A program made the translations under genes and the position numbers. Shown here in pieces: positions 1 through 8,019 of a stretch of 34,093 nucleotides of DNA. The stretch's first letter is position 1. Every line of letters begins with the position of its first letter. The notes under the pieces are model-generated. The model was not told where the DNA came from and ran no database searches. It worked only from the letters and a program-made list of their open reading frames with translations. This DNA comes from an uncultured archaeon. Lineage in GTDB: Archaea > Thermoplasmatota > Penumbrarchaeia > JASLWR01. The stretch covers positions 1 to 34,093 of the forward strand of contig CAYSHM010000029.1 of assembly GCA_964430885.1 (NCBI GenBank), read 5' to 3'.

Positions 1-50
1 GGCGGGGAGGGATGAGCAGGGGTTTGATATTGGATTACTCAGGCGGGCTC
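1..50. mobile_element. Putative insertion sequence terminus (IS5-like), cut by the window edge
   Basis: 38-54 (ctcaggcgggctctata) matches the reverse complement of 34038-34054 at 15/17 positions. Read into the element, the end starts GAGCCCGCC and is flanked by TATA. No transposase is visible in the window. Confidence 0.5.
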
Positions 51-218
51 TATACGTATATATATATTTTCCCCAACATCATTTGAAAGGATTTCTGGAA
101 CAATCAGGATTTTTTTATCCAAATTCAGAAGCAGAGTAAAAAACCGGTAAAAATGAACTCGAATTCAATTCAAAAGCTGTTCCAATTCTTTTATATATGC
201 TCAAGATTATTTCGAATA

Positions 219-287
219 CAGTGAAGGCGGAACTCCCCTATTTTATCAGATGAAACCCACCAATCTATTTCTTTTCCGCCTTTACTG
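219..287 (+). ncRNA. Candidate small structured RNA (14-bp stem)
   Basis: cagtgaaggcggaa (219-232) pairs with ttccgcctttactg (274-287) with one G-U. TTTATATA lies at about 190-197 upstream and a T-tract follows. No family recognised. Confidence 0.25.
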
Positions 288-450
288 ATTTTTATTGGGA
301 ATGGATCTTTGATTGTGTAGTGATATCAAAAAGATGTATTATAGCTGAAGATATTTCAATAAAATCACTATTTTGCATAATCAATGATTGTGTTTCAAAG
401 AAATATTGCCATGGGATAAGTCTAAGTCGCGATAATAACATGATGTTTTA

Positions 451-504
451 GCTCTCGCCGGGATCTGAAAATTTCGTCAGAAATTTGCAGGGCAAGGCGA
501 GGGC
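451..504 (+). ncRNA. Candidate structured RNA, long hairpin with internal loop
   Basis: Outer stem gctctcgcc/ggcgagggc and inner stem ctg-a-aaatttc [gtca] gaaattt-g-cag, followed directly by T-tracts. Confidence 0.3.
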
Positions 505-505
505 C

Positions 506-531
506 TTTTATTTTTGCTCACAAAAATAAAA
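506..531. terminator. Bidirectional T-tract terminator / perfect 11-bp inverted repeat
   Basis: ttttatttttg-ctca-caaaaataaaa gives T-runs on both strands, immediately 3' of tRNA-Glu. Confidence 0.55.
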
Positions 532-606
532 TGCTCCCGCCGGGATTTGAACCCGAGTAACTGGCTCGAGAGGCCAGAATGATTGGCCGGACTACACCAC
601 GGGAGC
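532..606 (-). tRNA. tRNA-Glu (anticodon CTC)
   Basis: Reverse complement GCTCCCGTGGTGTAGTCCGGCCAATCATTCTGGCCTCTCGAGCCAGTTACTCGGGTTCAAATCCCGGCGGGAGCA folds as a cloverleaf; anticodon loop CT-CTC-GA; no encoded CCA. Confidence 0.96.
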
Positions 607-642
607 ATCGTATGAATTCGGAATATGGGAATTGTCCAGGTC

Positions 643-657
643 ATTTATATTATTTTT
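643..657 (-). promoter_or_regulatory. Putative BRE/TATA promoter of tRNA-Glu
   Basis: AAAAATAATATAAAT about 40 nt upstream of the tRNA; a similar element lies upstream of tRNA-Gln. Confidence 0.45.
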
Positions 658-696
658 GGGTATTTAACCCCATGTGGCTAATTTGATACTACAGCG

Positions 697-2388
697 CTAT
701 TTCTTCCTGTTCTTCATCTGCTTCTGGATCTTCTTCCATGTATCTCGAAGGCCTACTGTCCTGTTGATCACCAATTTATCCTCGGTGGTGTCAGGATCGA
801 TGCAGAAATATCCCGTTCTCTCGAACTGGAATCCGAACAATGATTCCTTAAATTGTAAAGCAGGGTCAACCTTGCAGCCCTTCAGAACATTCAATGAATC
901 CAGAGAAAGATAATCGAAGAACTCCCCTTTATCCTGGGATAAGGGATCCTCAACAGTGAACAATCGGTCGTAAAGCCTTATCTCTGCGTCAACACCGTAT
1001 TTTGCCGATACCCAGTGAAGTGTTCCACGGACCCTCCTTCCGTCGGGGGCATTTCCGCCTTTGGTCTCAGGGTCCACTGTGCAACGGAGCTCGACAACCT
1101 TATCACCTTCCTTGATAACATCCGTACAGGTTATCAGATAGGCGTTCCGTAGCCTTACCTCTCGGCCCTTGGTCAAACGGAAGAACTTCTTTGGAGGATC
1201 CTCCATGAAATCGCTCTGCTCAATATATATCTCCTTGGTGAACTTGACCGTTCTAGTACCCAGTTCAGGTTCCTCGGGATTGATTATGACATCCATATCC
1301 TCTTCCTTGTCCTCGGGGTAATTCTCCATAACTACCTTCAGAGGGTCAAGAACGCCCATGAATCTGGGGGCAGTTCGGTTCAGATGGTCTCTGACACAGG
1401 ATTCAAGAAGCTCTATTGCTATTGTGCTGTTCACCTTAGCGATGCCCACCCTGGCGCACAGGTCCCGAATGGACTCTGGGGAATAACCCCTGCGTCTTAA
1501 TCCGCTCAAGGTCGGCAGACGCGGGTCGTCCCAACCGTTAACATATCCCCTTTCCACAAGGTCCAGGAGTTTCCTCTTGCTCATAACAGTATATGTCAGG
1601 TTTAGCCTAGCAAACTCGGTCTGCTGAGGTCTATAAACCCCCAGCTCGATCAGGAACCAGTCATAAAGCGGCCGATGATTCTCGAATTCAAGGGTACATA
1701 GTGAATGGGTGATTCGTTCAATGGAATCCTCCAGACCGTGGGCCCAATCGTATGAAGGATAAATGCACCATTTATCCCCCGTATGGTGATGGGTTTTATG
1801 AAGTATCCTGTACATGATAGGGTCGCGCATGTTGAGATTGGGGTGGGACATATCTATTTTGGCTCTTAGAACCTTATCCCCGTCCTGAAACTCGCCTTCG
1901 CCCATCCTTCTGAAAAGGTCCAGGTTTTCTTCCACACTTCTATTGTGATAAGGACTGTTTACACCCGGCTGGATGAATGACCCCCTTTGTTTGCTTATCT
2001 CTTCGGCACTTTGATCGTCAACATAAGCTTTGCCTTTTTTGATTAGGTCCTCGGCATAATCATACATTTCCTGAAAATAATCTGAAGCGAAATATATTCT
2101 ATCCTCCCAGTCAAAACCCAGCCATTTTATATCCTCCTTTATTGATTCAACATACTCCTCATCCTCCTTGGAGGGATTGGTATCGTCAAAACGAAGGTTG
2201 CAAAGACCATCATACTCCTGGGCTATTCCGAAATTGAGGCATATTGATTTTGCATGCCCAATATGGAGATAACCATTTGGCTCAGGAGGAAAACGTGTAT
2301 GGACCCTGCCGTTATGTTTCCCTATTTCATTATCATGATCGATCATTTCTCTTATGAAATCCTTACCCTTTACCGCTTCGTCAGTCAT
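697..2388 (-). CDS. glnS: Glutamine--tRNA ligase (bacterial-type GlnRS)
   Basis: 563 aa with TRFPPEPNGYLHIGHAKS (HIGH), LRFDDTNP, THSLCTLEF, MSKR, GTLHWVS and FQFERTGYF; beta-barrel type anticodon-binding region; GGTGA RBS upstream. Confidence 0.95.
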   Translation of the reverse strand: MTDEAVKGKDFIREMIDHDNEIGKHNGRVHTRFPPEPNGYLHIGHAKSICLNFGIAQEYDGLCNLRFDDTNPSKEDEEYVESIKEDIKWLGFDWEDRIYFASDYFQEMYDYAEDLIKKGKAYVDDQSAEEISKQRGSFIQPGVNSPYHNRSVEENLDLFRRMGEGEFQDGDKVLRAKIDMSHPNLNMRDPIMYRILHKTHHHTGDKWCIYPSYDWAHGLEDSIERITHSLCTLEFENHRPLYDWFLIELGVYRPQQTEFARLNLTYTVMSKRKLLDLVERGYVNGWDDPRLPTLSGLRRRGYSPESIRDLCARVGIAKVNSTIAIELLESCVRDHLNRTAPRFMGVLDPLKVVMENYPEDKEEDMDVIINPEEPELGTRTVKFTKEIYIEQSDFMEDPPKKFFRLTKGREVRLRNAYLITCTDVIKEGDKVVELRCTVDPETKGGNAPDGRRVRGTLHWVSAKYGVDAEIRLYDRLFTVEDPLSQDKGEFFDYLSLDSLNVLKGCKVDPALQFKESLFGFQFERTGYFCIDPDTTEDKLVINRTVGLRDTWKKIQKQMKNRKK

Positions 2389-2631
2389 AATGCTTTCACC
2401 CTAAAATTGTGGTAATGAACTAATGATTATATATATTCAAGGATTGATTTTTTTTCAAATCCATATTGAAATCGGTATTAGAAATATTATATTCTCGTTC
2501 TGTGATTTGAATTTTAATATTCAAAAGGAACAAATAAAATACTTCCTGATGATATTGATTATCGTTCATAAGGGTGCAAATATTCAGGCAATTTTTATAT
2601 TCCTGAAAACCTGTAGGAAAATCCCGGAAGC

Positions 2632-3156
2632 GTGATCCAATTGAGAAAAAACTACAGATACAGAATTTGGAAGAGATCAGGCAATCGGCCAATGGTTATG
2701 ATCTATTTCATTATACTTCTAATGACCCTTCTGTCTTTTTTTTTCTTGGGCCATCCAATGCTGAAGATAGCCGTTCCTTTAATGGGATTGATCCTAATAA
2801 TAATTCCCTTTGCTCCATATATCTATACCGATATCAAGGATAAATGGAATTGGCAGTATTTGGATGTTGGATCAAGTCCTGAAAATATCAAGCGGGATAT
2901 GGAGATATTCCTCAATGAGATGAAACTGAAATTTAAGAAGCAATCCTATTACAGAAGTCATTCCCCGTTCCATAGGTTAAAAGGTTTGGACTACGATATC
3001 ACGAAATTCGATATCAATCTGAGGATCTTGGAAAATGAAACCAATATCTATATCGGCCCAGTGGACCGACTTAATCTCTTGTATGCAAGGGATCTGAAAA
3101 AAGAGATAACCCGTTTCATGGAGGAAATTTGGCTATTGGATAATGAAGAGGAGTAA
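2632..3156 (+). CDS. Hypothetical membrane protein (2 N-terminal TM helices)
   Basis: 174-aa ORF with two hydrophobic segments followed by a soluble domain; start may instead be ATG 2692. Confidence 0.65.
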   Translation: MIQLRKNYRYRIWKRSGNRPMVMIYFIILLMTLLSFFFLGHPMLKIAVPLMGLILIIIPFAPYIYTDIKDKWNWQYLDVGSSPENIKRDMEIFLNEMKLKFKKQSYYRSHSPFHRLKGLDYDITKFDINLRILENETNIYIGPVDRLNLLYARDLKKEITRFMEEIWLLDNEEE

Positions 3157-3203
3157 ACCTGGAGATATTTAAAGAAGAAATGTTCAAGTATAGAGAGAAG
3201 AAG

Positions 3204-3275
3204 TAGCCCCGACCAGATTCGAACTGGTGGCGAGAGATCCAGAGTCTCTCATGTTAACCTCTACACCACGGGGCT
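3204..3275 (-). tRNA. tRNA-Gln (anticodon CTG)
   Basis: Reverse complement AGCCCCGTGGTGTAGAGGTTAACATGAGAGACTCTGGATCTCTCGCCACCAGTTCGAATCTGGTCGGGGCTA folds as a cloverleaf; loop CT-CTG-GA; A1-U72 pair typical of archaeal tRNA-Gln. Confidence 0.95.
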
Positions 3276-3310
3276 CTAAGAAATACAATTGGGCATCAAA
3301 TATCCTCAAA

Positions 3311-3326
3311 TATATTTAATATTTTT
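3311..3326 (-). promoter_or_regulatory. Putative BRE/TATA promoter of tRNA-Gln
   Basis: AAAAATATTAAATATA about 40 nt upstream of the tRNA. Confidence 0.45.
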
Positions 3327-3544
3327 GTGCTGGTTCATTACAAAGCTTCAATAAAAGAATCCAGTTCAGCATCATTTCAAGCGAATATTTCAACTAAGCA
3401 GGATTGAAATTCTTCAATATCTCCTCAACTCACCAAAAAAAGTATATCTATACAGCATTATTTACATATCGATTTGTTCAGATATAACCTATCATTATCT
3501 GGATCATAAATATTGTAAGTTACGAAATATATGGAGCTGGAAAA

Positions 3545-4180
3545 ATGGTGGAAAGAGTACTGGTCATAGCCCCTCATCCTGACGACGGAGAACTCGGCTG
3601 CGGAGCAACTCTGGTTAAGTTCATTGAGCAGGGAAAGGAGGTTTTCTATATAGCACTTTCCAGGTGTGAGAATGCCATACCCGATGGATTTCCCAAGGAT
3701 ACACTCGTCAAGGAATGTTATGAAGCAACTAGTATTTTGGGTATTCCTAAAGAGAATGTGGAGATCTGCAACTACCCCAATAAGCTTTTCCCCAGCCAAA
3801 GACATGAGATATTCGAGAGAATGGAAAGGGCTGGAAGAGAGGTCGAACCGGACATTGTTTTCGTACCTTCCAGGCAGGACAATCACCAGGACCATAATCT
3901 AGTGGCTACTGAAGCGGTCAGGGCTTTTAGGAGAAAAAACACACTAGTGGCATATGAGGAGCCTTGGAATATCATCAATATCACCACGACTGGTTTTTCA
4001 CCCATTGAGAAGAGACATCTTGACCTGAAGATCAAGGCCTTGGACTGTTATGCCACCCAGTCCTTCCAAAAACGGGGTTATTTCGATGAAGGATATATAG
4101 AATCCCTGGCTAAAACAAGAGGTGTGCAGATAAACAGCAAGTACGCCGAGGCTTTCGAGATAGTAAGATGGATACTATGA
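3545..4180 (+). CDS. PIG-L/LmbE family N-acetyl deacetylase
   Basis: APHPDDGELG motif, HQDH metal-binding motif, C-terminal YAEAF. Confidence 0.92.
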   Translation: MVERVLVIAPHPDDGELGCGATLVKFIEQGKEVFYIALSRCENAIPDGFPKDTLVKECYEATSILGIPKENVEICNYPNKLFPSQRHEIFERMERAGREVEPDIVFVPSRQDNHQDHNLVATEAVRAFRRKNTLVAYEEPWNIINITTTGFSPIEKRHLDLKIKALDCYATQSFQKRGYFDEGYIESLAKTRGVQINSKYAEAFEIVRWIL

Positions 4181-4205
4181 GATATAAATAGAAAATTTCT
4201 CGCGG

Positions 4206-5111
4206 TTATTTGTTATTCTTTTTTTCTTCAGCACCGCCCTTATGGGCTTTAACGGTTATGGCCAAATGATGCAGATGGGGGATCTTCTTCTTTGCCAATC
4301 GTTCCATTCTTATTTTCAATCTATCAACCTGGCCTATGGTCATTTTTTCTGGAACCTCGATATGAAGTTCACCTTGATAATAAGGACCGGACTGCCTGAG
4401 CTTCACCATGTTTGAAGATTTAATCTGGGGAAAATGGCGCATTATTTTCCTAAGAACCAGACCATGATCTACACAGCTTTTATTGCATGCATCCACAAGC
4501 ATAAGTGACGATTCTTTAATAGCCGCAAAAGCAATGCTCAGGACTACTAGTGCGATGATGAAGCCTGCTATAGCATCGGCAAGCTCATATCCGAATTTGG
4601 TTAGTGCAAGAGCAATAACAGCGGTAACAGAAGCTGCTCCATCCTTTATGGTATTAAATGCCTCCAATTTTGCTGATCCAAGACTGGTCTTTCGAGCAAC
4701 AATGAATTTAATAATTCCAATTATGATCGCACCCAATGCTGCCACTGATGCCAAGATCATACCCAGAATTGGGGACTCCACAGGGTGCGGATCTATCAGC
4801 TGCTGATAAGACCTCCATGAAATATAGGAAGCAAGCATAACCATCATAACTGCTGCCACTATGGATGCTAGGTTCTCTAATTTGAAATAACCGAAATGAA
4901 ATTTGTGATCAGCTGGCCTTTGAAACAGCTTCAGGCCGATAAATACAATACCAGACACCATACCATCACCGATACAGTCAATGCCATTTGCTGTGAGGGC
5001 AACGCTTTTGGAGATCATCTCACTTACAACAACCTGAACGGCTCCAATAATAATCAAGAAAACGGCGGTGAATCCCGCCATAGCTGCTGTACTTCTAAAA
5101 AAAGGGGTCAT
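4206..5111 (-). CDS. Cation diffusion facilitator (CDF) family transporter
   Basis: Six TM helices, SVALTANGID, PADHKFHFGYFKLE motif, C-terminal dimerisation domain. Confidence 0.9.
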   Translation of the reverse strand: MTPFFRSTAAMAGFTAVFLIIIGAVQVVVSEMISKSVALTANGIDCIGDGMVSGIVFIGLKLFQRPADHKFHFGYFKLENLASIVAAVMMVMLASYISWRSYQQLIDPHPVESPILGMILASVAALGAIIIGIIKFIVARKTSLGSAKLEAFNTIKDGAASVTAVIALALTKFGYELADAIAGFIIALVVLSIAFAAIKESSLMLVDACNKSCVDHGLVLRKIMRHFPQIKSSNMVKLRQSGPYYQGELHIEVPEKMTIGQVDRLKIRMERLAKKKIPHLHHLAITVKAHKGGAEEKKNNK

Positions 5112-5265
5112 ATCAATATCCCTAGAAAGAGGGATTTCAATTATAACAATTATTCTTATTTTTGGATCAATAAGATTTATTGAAGTTTTCGAAATAGAGT
5201 ATCCAATAAGTTCAAGTTGCTTAGGAAATTACTTCAGTATTATTAAAAAAAAGAAAAATCAGGAT

Positions 5266-5976
5266 TCAACATACTGGTATCAAACCCTTGTAGAATATTG
5301 CACCTTCATCAAAACCCATCAGGACCGGATACACCTCTACACCAGAATCAACGGCCTTTCTGAAAACCTTGGCGAAATCGGGGTCAGTGTCCTCCTTAGG
5401 TGCGAAGCAGATCGCATCATCCCGGAATACAAGTATTATCAGAGCCGCTCTGTGGCCTTCCCCTTTTGCCTTTATAAGCTCCTCCACATGCCGCTTGCCC
5501 CTGGTTGTAGGTGCATCAGGGAATAGAGCTCTTCGGTCAATAGCCAATGTACAACCCTTGACCTCCACCCATATATTCTTGCCCCCTTTTATTACCAAAA
5601 AATCGAGCCTGCTTTTACCATAGGTCTGTTCGGGACTACATTTTTCAATTTCCCCGAAAGGACTGATGGTGGCATCGTTCAGGATGGTTTGAGCTATATC
5701 CCGGTGGAATCCGGAATTGACAAGCACCCATTTATCCTCCACCTTTCCAGCAATAAGATCCCATCGGGTCTTTCGATTAGAGTTCTTAGCCTTTCTAATA
5801 AGCACCTGATTCCCTGGACATAGTATCTCCTTAAGACGACCTGGATCCCTGACATGCACCTTTTCTACCTTGTTTGTACCCTCGTCTTCAATATTCACCA
5901 ATCCGAGGAACCTGTTAGGTCGTTCTACAAATACCGCCCGAGCGTCATAATGTATCTCTAACAATTTCCTCTTCAT
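5266..5976 (-). CDS. sfsA: DNA/RNA nuclease SfsA
   Basis: RPNRF, DPGRLKE, SRLDF, VEVKGCTL and FPDAPTTRGKRH motifs. Confidence 0.95.
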   Translation of the reverse strand: MKRKLLEIHYDARAVFVERPNRFLGLVNIEDEGTNKVEKVHVRDPGRLKEILCPGNQVLIRKAKNSNRKTRWDLIAGKVEDKWVLVNSGFHRDIAQTILNDATISPFGEIEKCSPEQTYGKSRLDFLVIKGGKNIWVEVKGCTLAIDRRALFPDAPTTRGKRHVEELIKAKGEGHRAALIILVFRDDAICFAPKEDTDPDFAKVFRKAVDSGVEVYPVLMGFDEGAIFYKGLIPVC

Positions 5977-6016
5977 GCTATTACCCTATTGGTTTGATAT
6001 AAGTTATGTAGATAAC

Positions 6017-6637
6017 TCACCTTCTTCTGGATCGTCGTTCCATTACATAATTGATCACAAGAACTGCTACGAATATCCCAATGAGACCGAATAGTATCCA
6101 TGAGTTGGATTCAAGAGGACATGTCGGTGCGGAAGAAACGGGTGTGTCAGTTGTCATTGCGGTCATGAAATCTCCTGGACCCACATACCCCTTTATCCTG
6201 TTGTATTCCTCCCCGGAGGTATTGATGAAAACAACTGTTGGATATCCTTCCACATCGAACTTTTTAACCAGAGAAGGACTGTCATCACCGTCTATCTTCA
6301 CCGAAAAGAAGTCAACAGCTGTGCTTATTATATCTGGGTTCTTGAAGGTTTCTGCTTCAAGATCTGCACAGAATCCACACCAATCAGCATGAAAATAGAG
6401 TATAATTGGCATATATGGTAGATCAACACCGCCAGGTATATCCTCATATGAATTCCAGATTATATTTTCCGGTGCGGTCTGGTTGAATGAATCCCCAGTA
6501 TTGTTAGTGGTGTTACCATCACTGGCGGCTTCCGACATCTGGGAAATTGGCCCCATACCAAGAAGCATTATGGAAATTAAGACCAAAAATATTGGAAAAA
6601 ATGTTTTCAATGATCTTCCTCTATCAGCATATACCAT
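6017..6637 (-). CDS. Exported, membrane-anchored thioredoxin-family protein
   Basis: Signal peptide-like N-terminus, N/T-rich linker, FHADWCGFC, GYPT cis-Pro loop, C-terminal TM helix and basic tail. Start placed at ATG 6637, just after the upstream stop. Confidence 0.85.
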   Translation of the reverse strand: MVYADRGRSLKTFFPIFLVLISIMLLGMGPISQMSEAASDGNTTNNTGDSFNQTAPENIIWNSYEDIPGGVDLPYMPIILYFHADWCGFCADLEAETFKNPDIISTAVDFFSVKIDGDDSPSLVKKFDVEGYPTVVFINTSGEEYNRIKGYVGPGDFMTAMTTDTPVSSAPTCPLESNSWILFGLIGIFVAVLVINYVMERRSRRR

Positions 6638-6638
6638 A

Positions 6639-6887
6639 TCAGCATTCCCCCTGGTCTCTTGATAGATTATTTTCCTCATCATTCCCTATCTTCTCGACCC
6701 CGCAGGATGAAGCACATCTGCTTCCACGGTCGGTATAACGGGACAGAATGAAGGGTACAACATAAGCACTCACAATGAGAAGTAAACCCAAATAATAAAT
6801 GTATTTTATATAGAGTCCCACGATTATAAGCACTATACCTGAAATGAAAAAGATCATTCCCCATCTTGTACATAACGGACATCCCAT
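6639..6887 (-). CDS. Small Cys-rich membrane protein (2 TM)
   Basis: Strong RBS GAGGTGA; 82 aa; N-terminal CPLC, two TM helices, then CASSC and a terminal Cys. Confidence 0.7.
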   Translation of the reverse strand: MGCPLCTRWGMIFFISGIVLIIVGLYIKYIYYLGLLLIVSAYVVPFILSRYTDRGSRCASSCGVEKIGNDEENNLSRDQGEC

Positions 6888-7007
6888 GTTATCACCTCAT
6901 TTATCTCATTCCCATAGCAAGTCAAAATTCCCGGCGTTCATTCTATGCTTTTAATAATTCAAAATAAAACAAGAATATTATGGGCCTCAATTTAATAATT
7001 ATTTGGA

Positions 7008-7037
7008 TGGACCGGAAAGCCCTATCACTCCGGTCCA
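7008..7037 (-). terminator. GC-rich hairpin 3' of thioredoxin
   Basis: TGGACCGGA-N12-TCCGGTCCA, a 9-bp perfect stem 11 nt after the trxA stop. Confidence 0.4.
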
Positions 7038-7048
7038 CTCTGATTAAA

Positions 7049-7369
7049 TTAAATATACTTCTCGATCTTGCCCGCCAACTGATCCTTGGACTGAAAACCC
7101 ACGATCCTGTCAACCTGATTACCGCCCTTAATAATTAGGAGGGTCGGAATACTTCGGACGCCGAACTTCATGGATGTGGCCGGATTGTCATCTACATTCA
7201 ACTTTCCTACAACAAGTTTTCCTTTATAATCCTTGGCCAATTCTTCAAGGACCGGACCTATCATCCTGCACGGACCGCACCAAGGGGCCCAGAAATCCAG
7301 CAGTACCAGTTCATTGTCGTTCACTATGCTGTCAAAAGTGGAATCCGTTACTTTAGTAGTTCCTACCAT
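7049..7369 (-). CDS. trxA: Thioredoxin
   Basis: DFWAPWCGPC and GVRSIPTL; AGGTGA RBS before ATG 7369. Confidence 0.96.
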   Translation of the reverse strand: MVGTTKVTDSTFDSIVNDNELVLLDFWAPWCGPCRMIGPVLEELAKDYKGKLVVGKLNVDDNPATSMKFGVRSIPTLLIIKGGNQVDRIVGFQSKDQLAGKIEKYI

Positions 7370-7374
7370 TGTGA

Positions 7375-7701
7375 TCACCTATTATCTATCTCCTTCAAGA
7401 ACTCTGTGTCTTTTCGAAGCTGTTCAATTATCACCTGATGCATAATATCCATTGCATCAAGTATCTTTTTGTTCCCGATGCTGTAGAACACATTAGTGCC
7501 GTCCTTTCTAGATCTGACTATCTTTCTATCCCTTAGGAACCCAAGATGCTGGGACATGCTGGGCTGGCTCAACTCAAGCTCTTCGCACAGTTCACCCACT
7601 GACAATTCCCCATTCTTCAAGAGACTAAGTATTCTGAGCCTTATGGGGTTTGTGAACACCTTACAGATATCAGCATGCATCTTCAGTATTGCATCGGACA
7701 T
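7375..7701 (-). CDS. ArsR/SmtB family transcriptional repressor
   Basis: Winged-HTH signature NPIRLRILSLL...SVGEL...SQPSMSQHL...VFYS. Confidence 0.93.
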   Translation of the reverse strand: MSDAILKMHADICKVFTNPIRLRILSLLKNGELSVGELCEELELSQPSMSQHLGFLRDRKIVRSRKDGTNVFYSIGNKKILDAMDIMHQVIIEQLRKDTEFLKEIDNR

Positions 7702-7768
7702 ATTATATCCCCGTTAAGCAGAGTTCAGACATCAGAGTCACTGCCTGACCTCCTGCCTACTATATTCA

Positions 7769-7806
7769 CATATAAGAATATTATTATATTTATATATTAT
7801 TATATG
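7769..7806. promoter_or_regulatory. Putative ArsR operator overlapping a TATA-rich promoter
   Basis: Imperfect palindrome ATATAAGAATATTATTATAT (7770-7789) with an overlapping degenerate copy (7786-7805), in the divergent arsR/trxR intergenic region. Confidence 0.5.
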
Positions 7807-8019
7807 ATTTAATTTGGAAGAGGATTGGTGACAATTCATTGATGAAATGAAAAGCATCTTCAAATGAAAAATCAGTTCTTCAATAAATCGGGAAAAGGTA
7901 ATATTTCAATATTGCATTCAAGGTATTTGTATTAAGGTTGTTGCTTGCAGATTTATTTGACAATCCTGATATTTGGGTATGTTTAATACAGTTTACACCG
8001 AACGGATGGAGGAATTCCC

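Noticed and set aside
240-262. Hammerhead-like words (cagatgaaac)
   Set aside because: The CUGANGA core and the three-stem arrangement are not present.
2420-2692. AT-rich ORFs 2420-2692(-) and 2423-2635(+)
   Set aside because: Low-complexity, motif-free translations in the divergent promoter region upstream of glnS.
532-3275. glnS as cargo of a tRNA-integrated island
   Set aside because: No integrase and no duplicated tRNA 3' end (att site) were seen, and the composition looks like the neighbouring genes.
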